The notes under the pieces were generated by a model. That model was not told the DNA's origin. It worked only from the letters and a program-made list of their open reading frames with translations, and did no database searches. A DNA stretch of 64,000 nucleotides. Source: Escherichia phage LF82-4. The stretch lies in sequence record PV660448. One strand, written 5' to 3'. Position numbers and translations under genes: made by a program. Positions 45,639-53,554 of this stretch are shown piece after piece (position 1 is the first letter of the stretch; each line of letters begins with the position of its first letter).

Positions 45639-46595
45639 TTATTTGAAAGGTTTTACCATATGGAAATTTTGTTTGAAACGTTTGACGTAATCATTTTTGC
45701 CGAGCTTATGATACATAGCCACTACTTCATAATAGTTCTCGTATGCGTACTCACGGAACCATCCGGAGGTGATGCTTGTACAGACTTTTTCCAATGCCAT
45801 CATAAAACTGGCTTCAGGGTTAATTTTAAAGTTATTAGGAATCTGAGAACGTTCTAATGCTAATACACATGATTCTTCGTATACACCGGCCAATTTGACC
45901 ATTTCTGGTAATGATTCGAACTTCTCGCGTGAGGTCATGACTTCAGAACCATCTTTCATATAAAATGTATACGCTGGACGGTCTGTTAGTGCAATGGCTT
46001 CATGAATAGTATCATGGTCATATGTATAGATGTCATCTTTAAAGAACGCACTTTTAGAAGTGTCAAGAACCGGGTGAGCATAGTTCAAAGTTTCTTTCTG
46101 GCGTTTCAACATAATTTCAGTAAGTTCATCGTTCAGTGTAACACCTTTACCACGAAGATACTGAATATGGTTCATAGTCTTTAAAAAGAATGGATTATTT
46201 TTCTTGAAACGATGAGACATCTTAATTGCAAGACATATCTCAGGAGTTGCCCAGTAAAACCCAGTCAAACGGTCTTTAGTCAAATTTTTCTTGGCGTATT
46301 TTAAAAGGTCATAAGAAGATGTGAAATCTTCAGGAGTGAGTTCACCGACTAATTCACGGACATTAGTGATTGCCGGAACAATATATGCTTCAAAATGAGT
46401 TTCACGTCCATTATGGAAGCATTTGAAAACTTGGACATCAGGGTTATCTTGGTGAACATATACACCCATCATTTGATTTTTGAATACATTCCAAGAACCT
46501 TGGTCCGCAATAAAGTCCCAATCACTATTTTTGATAGCGCTAGAATCAATAAGGCCATGGTAGTGAAGTGCACGAGAACCAATAACTAACATCAT
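45639..46595 (-). CDS. hypothetical protein (318 aa)
   Basis: track ORF; N-terminal GSRALHYHG...SDWDF weakly nucleotidyltransferase-like. Confidence 0.55.
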   Translation of the reverse strand: MMLVIGSRALHYHGLIDSSAIKNSDWDFIADQGSWNVFKNQMMGVYVHQDNPDVQVFKCFHNGRETHFEAYIVPAITNVRELVGELTPEDFTSSYDLLKYAKKNLTKDRLTGFYWATPEICLAIKMSHRFKKNNPFFLKTMNHIQYLRGKGVTLNDELTEIMLKRQKETLNYAHPVLDTSKSAFFKDDIYTYDHDTIHEAIALTDRPAYTFYMKDGSEVMTSREKFESLPEMVKLAGVYEESCVLALERSQIPNNFKINPEASFMMALEKVCTSITSGWFREYAYENYYEVVAMYHKLGKNDYVKRFKQNFHMVKPFK

Positions 46596-46620
46596 AATAT
46601 TTTCCTCGAATTTAGATTAC

Positions 46621-46872
46621 TTAAATTTCGCGACATGCGATATTATATTCATCCCAGAGGTCGTCATGTGAAGCCTCTACCAATGGAACGATTGTACCAT
46701 TTATATCTTCATTATAAGGGCAAATTGTACAGTGCGCATCTTCGAATCGGATGCCTTTGTGTTCAGATTTTTTATAACGCATATCGAATATCTTTGCAAA
46801 CTTTTCACGAGTAATAGTTTTAGCAACTACTTCGGTTCCTATACTTTCGTAATAAACCATTGTTGTCTCCAT
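46621..46872 (-). CDS. hypothetical protein (83 aa)
   Basis: track ORF. Confidence 0.5.
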   Translation of the reverse strand: METTMVYYESIGTEVVAKTITREKFAKIFDMRYKKSEHKGIRFEDAHCTICPYNEDINGTIVPLVEASHDDLWDEYNIACREI

Positions 46873-46880
46873 TTAATTTG

Positions 46881-46918
46881 ATAGGACTACTATAACATAG
46901 CCCTATCTTGTTGTAAAC
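46881..46918 (-). promoter_or_regulatory. promoter-early stem-loop, family taggactactataacatagtcct (one arm mismatch)
   Basis: GTTTAC -35; gataggactactataacatagccctatc. Confidence 0.45.
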
Positions 46919-46922
46919 TGTT

Positions 46923-47120
46923 TTAGCAAGAATAACTAGATGATACCCAGCCTTGAACAGTGATACTATTGTGGGATAATGAGATCGCGTCCTGGAGATT
47001 CAGACCTGCATTATCTTCAATCCACAATGTAACTTCTTCACGCTCTTCGGTTGCAATCTGGAACAGGTTTTCTAGAGCAGCTACGGCCGTACGTACAGCA
47101 CAATCTAATTCACGAGACAT
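46923..47120 (-). CDS. small protein with conserved C-terminal W-V-S-S-S-x-x-C motif (paralogue 1)
   Basis: ends ...QGWVSSSYSC. Confidence 0.5.
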   Translation of the reverse strand: MSRELDCAVRTAVAALENLFQIATEEREEVTLWIEDNAGLNLQDAISLSHNSITVQGWVSSSYSC

Positions 47121-47129
47121 ATGATTTCC

Positions 47130-47402
47130 TTAACAAGTGTGAGAAGATGCAACCCAACCACCAGTTTCGAGGCTCAGGTTGTAGTCGTATTGGTAAACGT
47201 CAGCCCATTCGGCATAACCGTTTTTTGTACAACGTTCAAGATCGGCTTTAAGATGTCCGGGTGAATGATAGGTTCCACCCATACCATAAGCTGGGTACAA
47301 GTTGAATGTTGTGTTTTGTTTATCAGCAATTTCTTTGGCAGCCTCAATAGCTGCATAGATTTTTGCTACAGCTTCAGCCAGTTCGGTTTGTTCTTTAGAC
47401 AT
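47130..47402 (-). CDS. small protein with conserved C-terminal W-V-[AS]-S-S-x-x-C motif (paralogue 2)
   Basis: ends ...GGWVASSHTC. Confidence 0.55.
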   Translation of the reverse strand: MSKEQTELAEAVAKIYAAIEAAKEIADKQNTTFNLYPAYGMGGTYHSPGHLKADLERCTKNGYAEWADVYQYDYNLSLETGGWVASSHTC

Positions 47403-47411
47403 AATGATTCC

Positions 47412-47717
47412 TTAGCACAACGCAGAAGATGAAACCCAAGCACCTTCAGTAATAACGTATCCATTACCTTCACGCTTAACATCGCCGCCATTATTTTCAA
47501 TTTCATCTTTCATCCACTGGGATACGATTTCACCCTTAGGATAATAAGTACGACCGCTACCATAATCACCTACAGAAAATGATACGGCATATTGGTCTGC
47601 GATCTTTGTTGCTTCTTCTTCGATACGTTCAGCTTGATTCAGAAGTTTATAAATTGCATCTGAAGCGGATTTGGCATCATTAAACTCTGGTACTTTAATT
47701 TCAATAATCTTACTCAT
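47412..47717 (-). CDS. small protein with conserved C-terminal W-V-S-S-S-x-x-C motif (paralogue 3)
   Basis: ends ...GAWVSSSALC. Confidence 0.55.
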   Translation of the reverse strand: MSKIIEIKVPEFNDAKSASDAIYKLLNQAERIEEEATKIADQYAVSFSVGDYGSGRTYYPKGEIVSQWMKDEIENNGGDVKREGNGYVITEGAWVSSSALC

Positions 47718-47776
47718 TTTCTACATTCCTTAATAAAGTTTTCGATTGTTTCATTTTCACGTTTAGCTAGGAGTTC

Positions 47777-47806
47777 ATTATAACTAATCATTTGAGAAGC
47801 GTAAAC
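47777..47806 (-). promoter_or_regulatory. early promoter (GTTTAC -35, TATAAT -10)
   Basis: minus strand GTTTACGCTTCTCAAATGATTAGTTATAAT. Confidence 0.5.
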
Positions 47807-47815
47807 AGCATAAAT

Positions 47816-48208
47816 TCAGTTAAGGCTTTTGCATCTTATTTCCTTAACGAATTCCATAGCTTCTTCATATTCATACTTTTTAACAGCTTCATCATACTGA
47901 GCTTGGGCTTTTGCGCACTGAACTTTCCATTCTCTTAATCGGGCTCTGTGATGACGGCCTTGGTACCAATATCCCATCCAGTTAATAGGCATTAATAAAA
48001 ATGGTACAATAAGTGGTGCGACGAACATTAATGAAAATGCTGCATCAGACGATATAACTTCACTAGAATCTAAAACGGCTCCTATAATCATAAAGATTAA
48101 AAATGCTAAAGCTAAAATAGGGCCAAATAGTACTTCATTTGGGATTAATTTACGCTTGTATTCATACGCCCAGGGCTTACTTGGCATGTACAGGGTTGGC
48201 TTTGACAT
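47816..48208 (-). CDS. membrane protein (130 aa)
   Basis: ATG at 48208; two TM helices; track start is TTG. Confidence 0.5.
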   Translation of the reverse strand: MSKPTLYMPSKPWAYEYKRKLIPNEVLFGPILALAFLIFMIIGAVLDSSEVISSDAAFSLMFVAPLIVPFLLMPINWMGYWYQGRHHRARLREWKVQCAKAQAQYDEAVKKYEYEEAMEFVKEIRCKSLN

Positions 48209-48779
48209 ATTCTCTACATTCCATAATAAATTGCTCAAGGATTAAATTGTTAGTGAAATTAGGACTAACAACCATAGTTTCATAAAGCGCATCAATAGCA
48301 CTTAAAGCATCAACTCTCTTAAGCAAAGGCTTGCCTTCATACATAGTTTCAGAATCGACGATTAACGTAAAGTAGTATTTTTTATTATCGACTAGAACTT
48401 CTGTATCGATATAAAACATATTAGACCTCAGAAGCTTATCTCTAAAACCATAATAATCTTCAGAGCGTTCGCTGATATATTCCCATTCAGTGTTTAAACA
48501 ACAAACAGACCACGTAGGAGCAACGAAATCAGTGAATCTAATATCATAGTCTGCAACTAGTTTAGCAATAGCTCCGATATCATGAATCATAATACCTGGG
48601 GCTAATAAAGATTTTCTGCTATGGCTAGCCGTTTTCTCAGTGGTTTCATAAGAAGACGACCAATACCATTTACGTCCGGTTGCAACATATCGTAATGAAT
48701 CAACTAAAGACGTAGGTGGATTTACCTTATCTCGGAACTCTTCGAACATTGAGTCAATATCATTATTTTGGTTTCGCAT
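48177..48779 (-). CDS. hypothetical protein (200 aa)
   Basis: ATG at 48779 with AAGGAG RBS; track start is TTG. Confidence 0.55.
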   Translation of the reverse strand: MRNQNNDIDSMFEEFRDKVNPPTSLVDSLRYVATGRKWYWSSSYETTEKTASHSRKSLLAPGIMIHDIGAIAKLVADYDIRFTDFVAPTWSVCCLNTEWEYISERSEDYYGFRDKLLRSNMFYIDTEVLVDNKKYYFTLIVDSETMYEGKPLLKRVDALSAIDALYETMVVSPNFTNNLILEQFIMECREYVKANPVHAK

Positions 48780-48802
48780 GTTAACTCCTTTATTATCCAA
48801 AA

Positions 48803-48820
48803 GGAGGACCGGAGTCCTCC
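48803..48820 (-). terminator. hairpin (7-bp GC-rich stem) followed by UUUUGG
   Basis: minus strand GGAGGAC-UCCG-GUCCUCC UUUUGG, after stop at 48829. Confidence 0.5.
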
Positions 48821-48828
48821 GTATTATT

Positions 48829-49422
48829 TTATTTCAAAGAGTTAATATATTCTTGTACATCAGCAGAAGTGGTTTCGACACCGGCTGGAGTGCCATTGAA
48901 CGTTTCAACACGAGTCAGAGTGTCTTCGATATCAACCTTAGTCAGTGCAGCGATTTCAATCACATCATCAGCCGTAGAGATACCAAGGGCATTGGCTGCT
49001 CGAGTTTCACGAATGTATTCGAGTTTGATTGCCAGGTTCTGACGAGCATCATCAAGTTCAACCACCTTACGAGCAATTTCAATTCGCATAGCGGCATACC
49101 CATCAGCTTTTGTATTAAGTTGTTCGGCAGTTCGACGATACAGAAGACCAAGCTTAGCATGCATGGTAACATCTTGTCCTTCAGCCAGGAGCTTACGAAT
49201 TTCACGTTCCTTAGAAGCGGCTTGCTTGTTCTTTTCATTAACAAGTTCGCGAATACGTTTTTCTTCATTAATAGATTTAACAGAAGCCGTTTTTAGTTCT
49301 TTGATTTGGGTAATCAACTTATCTGCAGCTGCGTTATACTGTTCTTCGACAGTCAGATTTTTAGCCATAGCAGTACCCAGTTTAGTGCGGATGAATTCAA
49401 CAAGTTTCTTCAGTGTGTTCAT
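48829..49422 (-). CDS. hypothetical coiled-coil protein (197 aa)
   Basis: ATG at 49422; track start is TTG. Confidence 0.55.
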   Translation of the reverse strand: MNTLKKLVEFIRTKLGTAMAKNLTVEEQYNAAADKLITQIKELKTASVKSINEEKRIRELVNEKNKQAASKEREIRKLLAEGQDVTMHAKLGLLYRRTAEQLNTKADGYAAMRIEIARKVVELDDARQNLAIKLEYIRETRAANALGISTADDVIEIAALTKVDIEDTLTRVETFNGTPAGVETTSADVQEYINSLK

Positions 49423-49444
49423 ATTATTACCTTTCAATTGGTGG

Positions 49445-49489
49445 TTTATTATCCAACGAGAGCATTATACTCTGCTCTCAAGAGTTTGT
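49445..49489 (-). repeat. 45-bp promoter cassette, copy B (identical to 19504-19548)
   Basis: minus strand TTTACA -35 ... TATAAT -10 embedded in GAGAGCA/TGCTCTC stem-loop. Confidence 0.8.
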
Positions 49490-49492
49490 AAA

Positions 49493-49720
49493 TTATTTTT
49501 TAATCAAATTGACATAAAACTTGGCATCTTCGGGGTGCATGCCTTCGCAGTATTCTTCAACCATGAACTTCTTAACAGCTTCATAAGGACCACTCAGATT
49601 AAGCTCAGTTGTCCAGAACTTGGAATCTTGTACTGAATCGATACGAACTTCAGGGTGACGGTTGCGAATAACTTCTTCTGTGTATTCATAATCAACGACA
49701 TCAATACTAACTTTAGCCAT
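49493..49720 (-). CDS. hypothetical protein (75 aa)
   Basis: track ORF; GAGGAAAA RBS. Confidence 0.55.
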   Translation of the reverse strand: MAKVSIDVVDYEYTEEVIRNRHPEVRIDSVQDSKFWTTELNLSGPYEAVKKFMVEEYCEGMHPEDAKFYVNLIKK

Positions 49721-49766
49721 TTTGTTTTCCTCTTGATTTGATGTGATTACTATAACATAAACTTAC

Positions 49767-49931
49767 TTAGATGTAAACTATTTCAACATCACCTTTAGCT
49801 GCTTTATAACCTTCGGCCCAAGATACAACAGAGTTTTTATCTGAGGATTCAAATTCAGGCATTGGACTTTCACCAATATTCACACAGTATGTTTCTTCAT
49901 TTTCATCGAACCAAATAATTAAAGTAGTCAT
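49767..49931 (-). CDS. small acidic protein (54 aa), not in ORF track
   Basis: ATG at 49931 with GGAG RBS; fills 280-nt gap. Confidence 0.35.
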   Translation of the reverse strand: MTTLIIWFDENEETYCVNIGESPMPEFESSDKNSVVSWAEGYKAAKGDVEIVYI

Positions 49932-49950
49932 TTTGTTTACTCCACTGTAG

Positions 49951-49990
49951 TTGATAAGTCTATAGTATCACCATCCTTGGTGCTTGTACA
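49951..49990 (-). promoter_or_regulatory. promoter-early stem-loop, family ttgataagtctatagtatca
   Basis: TGTACA -35, CCAAGGATGG spacer motif, TACTAT -10. Confidence 0.45.
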
Positions 49991-49999
49991 TCATTATTT

Positions 50000-50305
50000 T
50001 TAATTTTTCCAACTTAACAACTTGTAGTGTCCTTCATTCGTACGAGGTTTATCCCAATAGATATTAATAAACGATGTCTCACCAATAGAAGTCGGCGGTT
50101 TTTTCTCTACAGTAAGACCTTCGCTTTCTAACCACTCAATGACTTTTGTAGATAAAGCTAAAGAAACATGTAATGGACAACGACAGTATTTTTCACCTTT
50201 AGCTGAAGACTCGTACATCATTTCTAAAATACGTTTTTGCACTTTTTTAAAAATAGTTTCAGCAGATTCTTCAGATTTTTTATTCAGTTCAGTGTAAAGA
50301 CTCAT
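50000..50305 (-). CDS. hypothetical protein (101 aa)
   Basis: track ORF with ATG. Confidence 0.55.
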   Translation of the reverse strand: MSLYTELNKKSEESAETIFKKVQKRILEMMYESSAKGEKYCRCPLHVSLALSTKVIEWLESEGLTVEKKPPTSIGETSFINIYWDKPRTNEGHYKLLSWKN

Positions 50306-50322
50306 AATATTCTCCTCTGCGG

Positions 50323-50362
50323 TTGATAAGTCTATAGTATCATGTCCTTAGAAGAAGTAAAC
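50323..50362 (-). promoter_or_regulatory. promoter-early stem-loop, family ttgataagtctatagtatca
   Basis: GTTTAC -35; 20-bp core identical to 49951-49970. Confidence 0.45.
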
Positions 50363-50392
50363 AACTTTTTAAACTTTTTCTGCCCTAGATAC

Positions 50393-50421
50393 CAAAAAGC
50401 CCCAACCTTTCGGAAGGGGCT
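50393..50421 (-). terminator. intrinsic terminator, copy 3 of 3 identical hairpins
   Basis: same 24-bp hairpin AGCCCCUUCCGAAAGGUUGGGGCU plus U-tract. Confidence 0.55.
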
Positions 50422-50462
50422 AAGCCTTGCGGCAACCTTGTCGGGGTTTCCACCTACTAGGT

Positions 50463-50554
50463 AAGTGTTTGTACGAAACGCCGGGATTCGAACCCGGTTA
50501 TTAAGCAGTTGACGCTACTCAATATTTTTAAAAGGCCATATCTCGACCATATCC
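50463..50554 (-). ncRNA. tRNA-like structured RNA candidate (acceptor stem plus canonical T-arm, non-canonical interior)
   Basis: minus strand 7-bp acceptor pairing CGGAACG/CGUUUCG and T-arm CCGGG-UUCGAAU-CCCGG; no canonical D/anticodon arms found by hand; lies in 330-nt ORF-free gap. Confidence 0.3.
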
Positions 50555-50732
50555 GAACGTTCCGTCAAAAACGCTACTCGGCTTACGGCAAAGATATTTC
50601 CTCGAATCGATAATTCTGTGCGCCGTTTCTGCTGTGATGTAAGGGGATATTAACGAATCATAAAGATTTATTAAGACCAGTCCTTACTCAGGGAACATCA
50701 GTCCGACGACTTACCGGTAGCGACCCGGCTTC

Positions 50733-51077
50733 TTATTTTGGCATATCATCAATTTGCTCTCGACGCCGACGCCATAGATTAATCGCTTCATAAACACATT
50801 CAGCATTTGGTATATGGCGACAATAGTATAGTGATTCGCGTTTCTGGAACCGATGTTGCAATGGGATTTCGTTTAAAAGGTCTTTACGGTCAAAGTATTC
50901 AAAACTAGTTAACCCGGAACGGTTTTTAAGAAACTTCCAATGGCCAAATTCATTTTGGAAATAAACGTAATCAGCGTGTTGATATAATGAATTAATCAAC
51001 CGGTCGGAAATAACTGTATCCTGTTCGTTAAAATAAAACGTTAAATCATGAACTACCAGATAAATATTGCCTTTCAT
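50733..51077 (-). CDS. hypothetical protein (114 aa)
   Basis: ATG start; 8 nt after HEG stop. Confidence 0.55.
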   Translation of the reverse strand: MKGNIYLVVHDLTFYFNEQDTVISDRLINSLYQHADYVYFQNEFGHWKFLKNRSGLTSFEYFDRKDLLNEIPLQHRFQKRESLYYCRHIPNAECVYEAINLWRRRREQIDDMPK

Positions 51078-51084
51078 ATTTTCC

Positions 51085-51753
51085 TCACTTAAATTTTAGT
51101 TTATAGCCTTTAATCCAACCTTCCGGAATAGGATCGGTTTTCTTAATTTTCTTAGATTTCTTTTCTTCTAATGAATGAATCCACATAGTACCAAACTGGG
51201 AATTTTTCTCGCCTTGTTGGTGTTTGTTCCTGGCGTGGGTATCTTTCATTTTAGCAATAGTTTCGGAAGTATGATTTTTATTTAAAAACGACTTAGTGCT
51301 AGAGAATTTTTCTCTGTATTCAGGTAAAGTCCACAGATGCTTTAATTTCTCTGAACCCATTTTACGATATTTTTCTTGAAGCACTTCATCAGAATCAAAT
51401 CTCTCTTTAAAAGCTTTGGCTCCTTTAATAGAGGCTTCTTTCTTTTTATAATTAAATTCGTAAGTATTTAAATGGTCCCAACCACCTTCGCCACCAAGTT
51501 TTAAATTATATACGTCAGAACGATTCAAAAATTCTTCGTTTACGATATTTTTCTCGGCTTCAAACATCTGCTCTTTAGTGTCAAAGAATTCTAAAATTTC
51601 TTTATTAAAATTTTCTATACCATACTTGTCTTGGGCTCTTTTTAATAATTTACCAGAACCCATATATCCATCATCTAAATTTTCGGTAGAATGAGCGCCT
51701 ATATAGATTTTATTATTAATTTTATTTGTTATTTTATAAGTGTAATGGAACAT
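51085..51753 (-). CDS. GIY-YIG homing endonuclease (SegB-like) in tRNA region
   Basis: 222 aa; GIY-YIG YTYKITNKINNKIYIGAH, NUMOD3-like repeats KNHTSETIAKMK and GEKNSQFGTMW. Confidence 0.8.
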   Translation of the reverse strand: MFHYTYKITNKINNKIYIGAHSTENLDDGYMGSGKLLKRAQDKYGIENFNKEILEFFDTKEQMFEAEKNIVNEEFLNRSDVYNLKLGGEGGWDHLNTYEFNYKKKEASIKGAKAFKERFDSDEVLQEKYRKMGSEKLKHLWTLPEYREKFSSTKSFLNKNHTSETIAKMKDTHARNKHQQGEKNSQFGTMWIHSLEEKKSKKIKKTDPIPEGWIKGYKLKFK

Positions 51754-51794
51754 AAATATCTCCTATTTCTAAGAGTATTTATGTTCCCAAAATA

Positions 51795-51866
51795 TGGCCC
51801 TGGCTGGTTTCGATCCAGCTACCTATCAGTTATGAGCTGACAGCTCTCCCATTGAGCTACAGGGCC
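51795..51866 (-). tRNA. tRNA with anticodon CAU (Met or Ile2-type)
   Basis: 72 nt cloverleaf folded by hand: acceptor GGCCCUG/CAGGGCC, D-arm GCUC/GAGC, anticodon stem GUCAG/CUGAU with loop CUCAUAA, T-arm GCUGG/CCAGC; no encoded CCA. Confidence 0.8.
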
Positions 51867-51960
51867 TTAATAACTTTCTATTATGAAAGGCACTTTAGAG
51901 CACCTTTGGTAATAGAGGGTAGATTAATAATAACACATAATTCTTAAAGCAAATTACGTT

Positions 51961-52251
51961 TTACCATACCATATTAATGTAATTATACTCAATACATTCA
52001 AGATTTAAAGGATTCTTGAAAATATCATATTCAAGAGGACCTTTTTCTGTTTCAATAAAGAAATCAAAGTTCACACTATTAAATTTGCGGTCTTCCCAAA
52101 GTAATTTAACCTGTGAAGATGAACGGTCGACGTAAACCTTTTCAACTTCAAAGTGGGTCAAAATACCATAGTAATCGACTAGTGCTTTAGCTGCACGTTG
52201 ATCGCTTTCATATCCATTCTCAACGGATTTTACCTTAGCATAAAGAATCAT
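51961..52251 (-). CDS. hypothetical protein (96 aa)
   Basis: track ORF. Confidence 0.55.
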   Translation of the reverse strand: MILYAKVKSVENGYESDQRAAKALVDYYGILTHFEVEKVYVDRSSSQVKLLWEDRKFNSVNFDFFIETEKGPLEYDIFKNPLNLECIEYNYINMVW

Positions 52252-52610
52252 GAATGTTCCACCACTTCAAAGGTGTGAGCATCAACAATATGATACCAGT
52301 CAAAATTTTCTTCTGCGTTTTTATAAATTTCGCGAAGAGCCTCAACAGTTTTTCCTGTAGCAACAAGGTCGTCAATACCACCAAGAGGATAACAGTCATA
52401 ACCAGCAAACAGAAGGAAATTAATAGTTTCTGTAGGTTCTGGATGCAAAACACCATTATCATCTACCACTTCAAAGAAAGTGTAAGAAGGAGTACAAGTT
52501 TTAATCCAAGCCCATGCTTGAGCTGCTGAATCAAATGGTCTGCGTATCAAACGACAATCAGGGTCTTTAGAAGGATTTGCTTCAAAATCCGCATATACGT
52601 GATATTTCAT
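52248..52610 (-). CDS. hypothetical protein (120 aa)
   Basis: ATG at 52610 with AAGGTGAG RBS; track start is TTG. Confidence 0.55.
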   Translation of the reverse strand: MKYHVYADFEANPSKDPDCRLIRRPFDSAAQAWAWIKTCTPSYTFFEVVDDNGVLHPEPTETINFLLFAGYDCYPLGGIDDLVATGKTVEALREIYKNAEENFDWYHIVDAHTFEVVEHS

Positions 52611-52611
52611 T

Positions 52612-52797
52612 TTACTCACCTTTTGCAATTTTATCCATAACGATAGCGATTAAGCCGATTAGAAATGCTACTACCAATGAGATAGAATTTTCTGTTGTTG
52701 TCAGTAGTCCACAAATGAATCCTACAAACATCGAAAAACTAAAAGCCATTGAAGCAATTACTACAGCAACATTACGAATCAGTTCAGCGCGTTTCAT
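52612..52797 (-). CDS. small membrane protein (61 aa)
   Basis: two hydrophobic helices. Confidence 0.5.
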   Translation of the reverse strand: MKRAELIRNVAVVIASMAFSFSMFVGFICGLLTTTENSISLVVAFLIGLIAIVMDKIAKGE

Positions 52798-52816
52798 TTT
52801 ATTCTCCTCAGTAGTT

Positions 52817-52855
52817 GATAGGGTAATAGTATCACTACCCTATCTAAAAGTAAAC
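52817..52855 (-). promoter_or_regulatory. promoter-early stem-loop (9-bp inverted repeat GATAGGGTA/TACCCTATC)
   Basis: GTTTAC -35 at 52850-52855. Confidence 0.5.
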
Positions 52856-52866
52856 GGTTTTATAAA

Positions 52867-53175
52867 CTATTTTATTCCGCGTGATGCAATCGTATTCTGC
52901 CGTTTAACACCAGTTTGTTTAAAGTCATGACTGTCGATTTGATCGGTGCGAGCAACTCCGAATGATGATTTAATCTTAGCTTTAGATCCTTTAGTTATAG
53001 AAATAAACATCTCGGAAGACCCTTTCTTAAAGTCTGATGCAGATACTTCAACACCGTTCTTAGCAAGTGACCTCAGAATTGCATCCGCGTACTCATCATC
53101 AAGACTCGCTTGAGTATTAATAACAAATGTCTTTGGTGCAGCCGCTTCATTGATAAATTCTTTATAGGTTTTCAT
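52867..53175 (-). CDS. internal head protein (capsid-targeting sequence)
   Basis: N-terminus MKTYKEFINEAAAP. Confidence 0.7.
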   Translation of the reverse strand: MKTYKEFINEAAAPKTFVINTQASLDDEYADAILRSLAKNGVEVSASDFKKGSSEMFISITKGSKAKIKSSFGVARTDQIDSHDFKQTGVKRQNTIASRGIK

Positions 53176-53197
53176 TTTATTTTCCTAATTAATTTTG

Positions 53198-53235
53198 ATA
53201 GGACTACTATAACATAGTCCTATTAGCATGTAAAC
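53198..53235 (-). promoter_or_regulatory. promoter-early stem-loop, family taggactactataacatagtcct
   Basis: GTTTAC -35; inverted repeat ATAGGACT/AGTCCTAT. Confidence 0.5.
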
Positions 53236-53238
53236 TAC

Positions 53239-53526
53239 TTACAGAAGGGTTTTTGCAATAATTTTAAGCTGAGCTACAGAAATATGCTTAGCTTTAAACA
53301 GTGCAGTCTCTTCAGCCGGAGAGATAACAATAGTAGCGCCATCTTTCTTAGCAGACCATCCATCCCCTAAGTAAACAGTACCTTTTACTTCTTCGCCATC
53401 AACCAGACTAATCATTGGTTTACCCTCACGTCCTTTATTTGCTTTAATAACTTCGGAAGTAAGGGTCGCTTCGGTCAGAGTAGAAACGTTAGCATCAGGT
53501 GATATAAATTCTTTATAGGTTTTCAT
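53239..53526 (-). CDS. internal head protein (capsid-targeting sequence)
   Basis: N-terminus MKTYKEFISPDANV. Confidence 0.7.
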   Translation of the reverse strand: MKTYKEFISPDANVSTLTEATLTSEVIKANKGREGKPMISLVDGEEVKGTVYLGDGWSAKKDGATIVISPAEETALFKAKHISVAQLKIIAKTLL

Positions 53527-53554
53527 TTTATTTCCTTGAGGTTGTTTATTTTAT

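Noticed and set aside
50380-51870. tRNA gene plus nearby elements as a prophage attachment site or integrative element
   Set aside because: No integrase or recombinase is present; the region is the conserved T4-type tRNA/segB cluster of a virulent phage.
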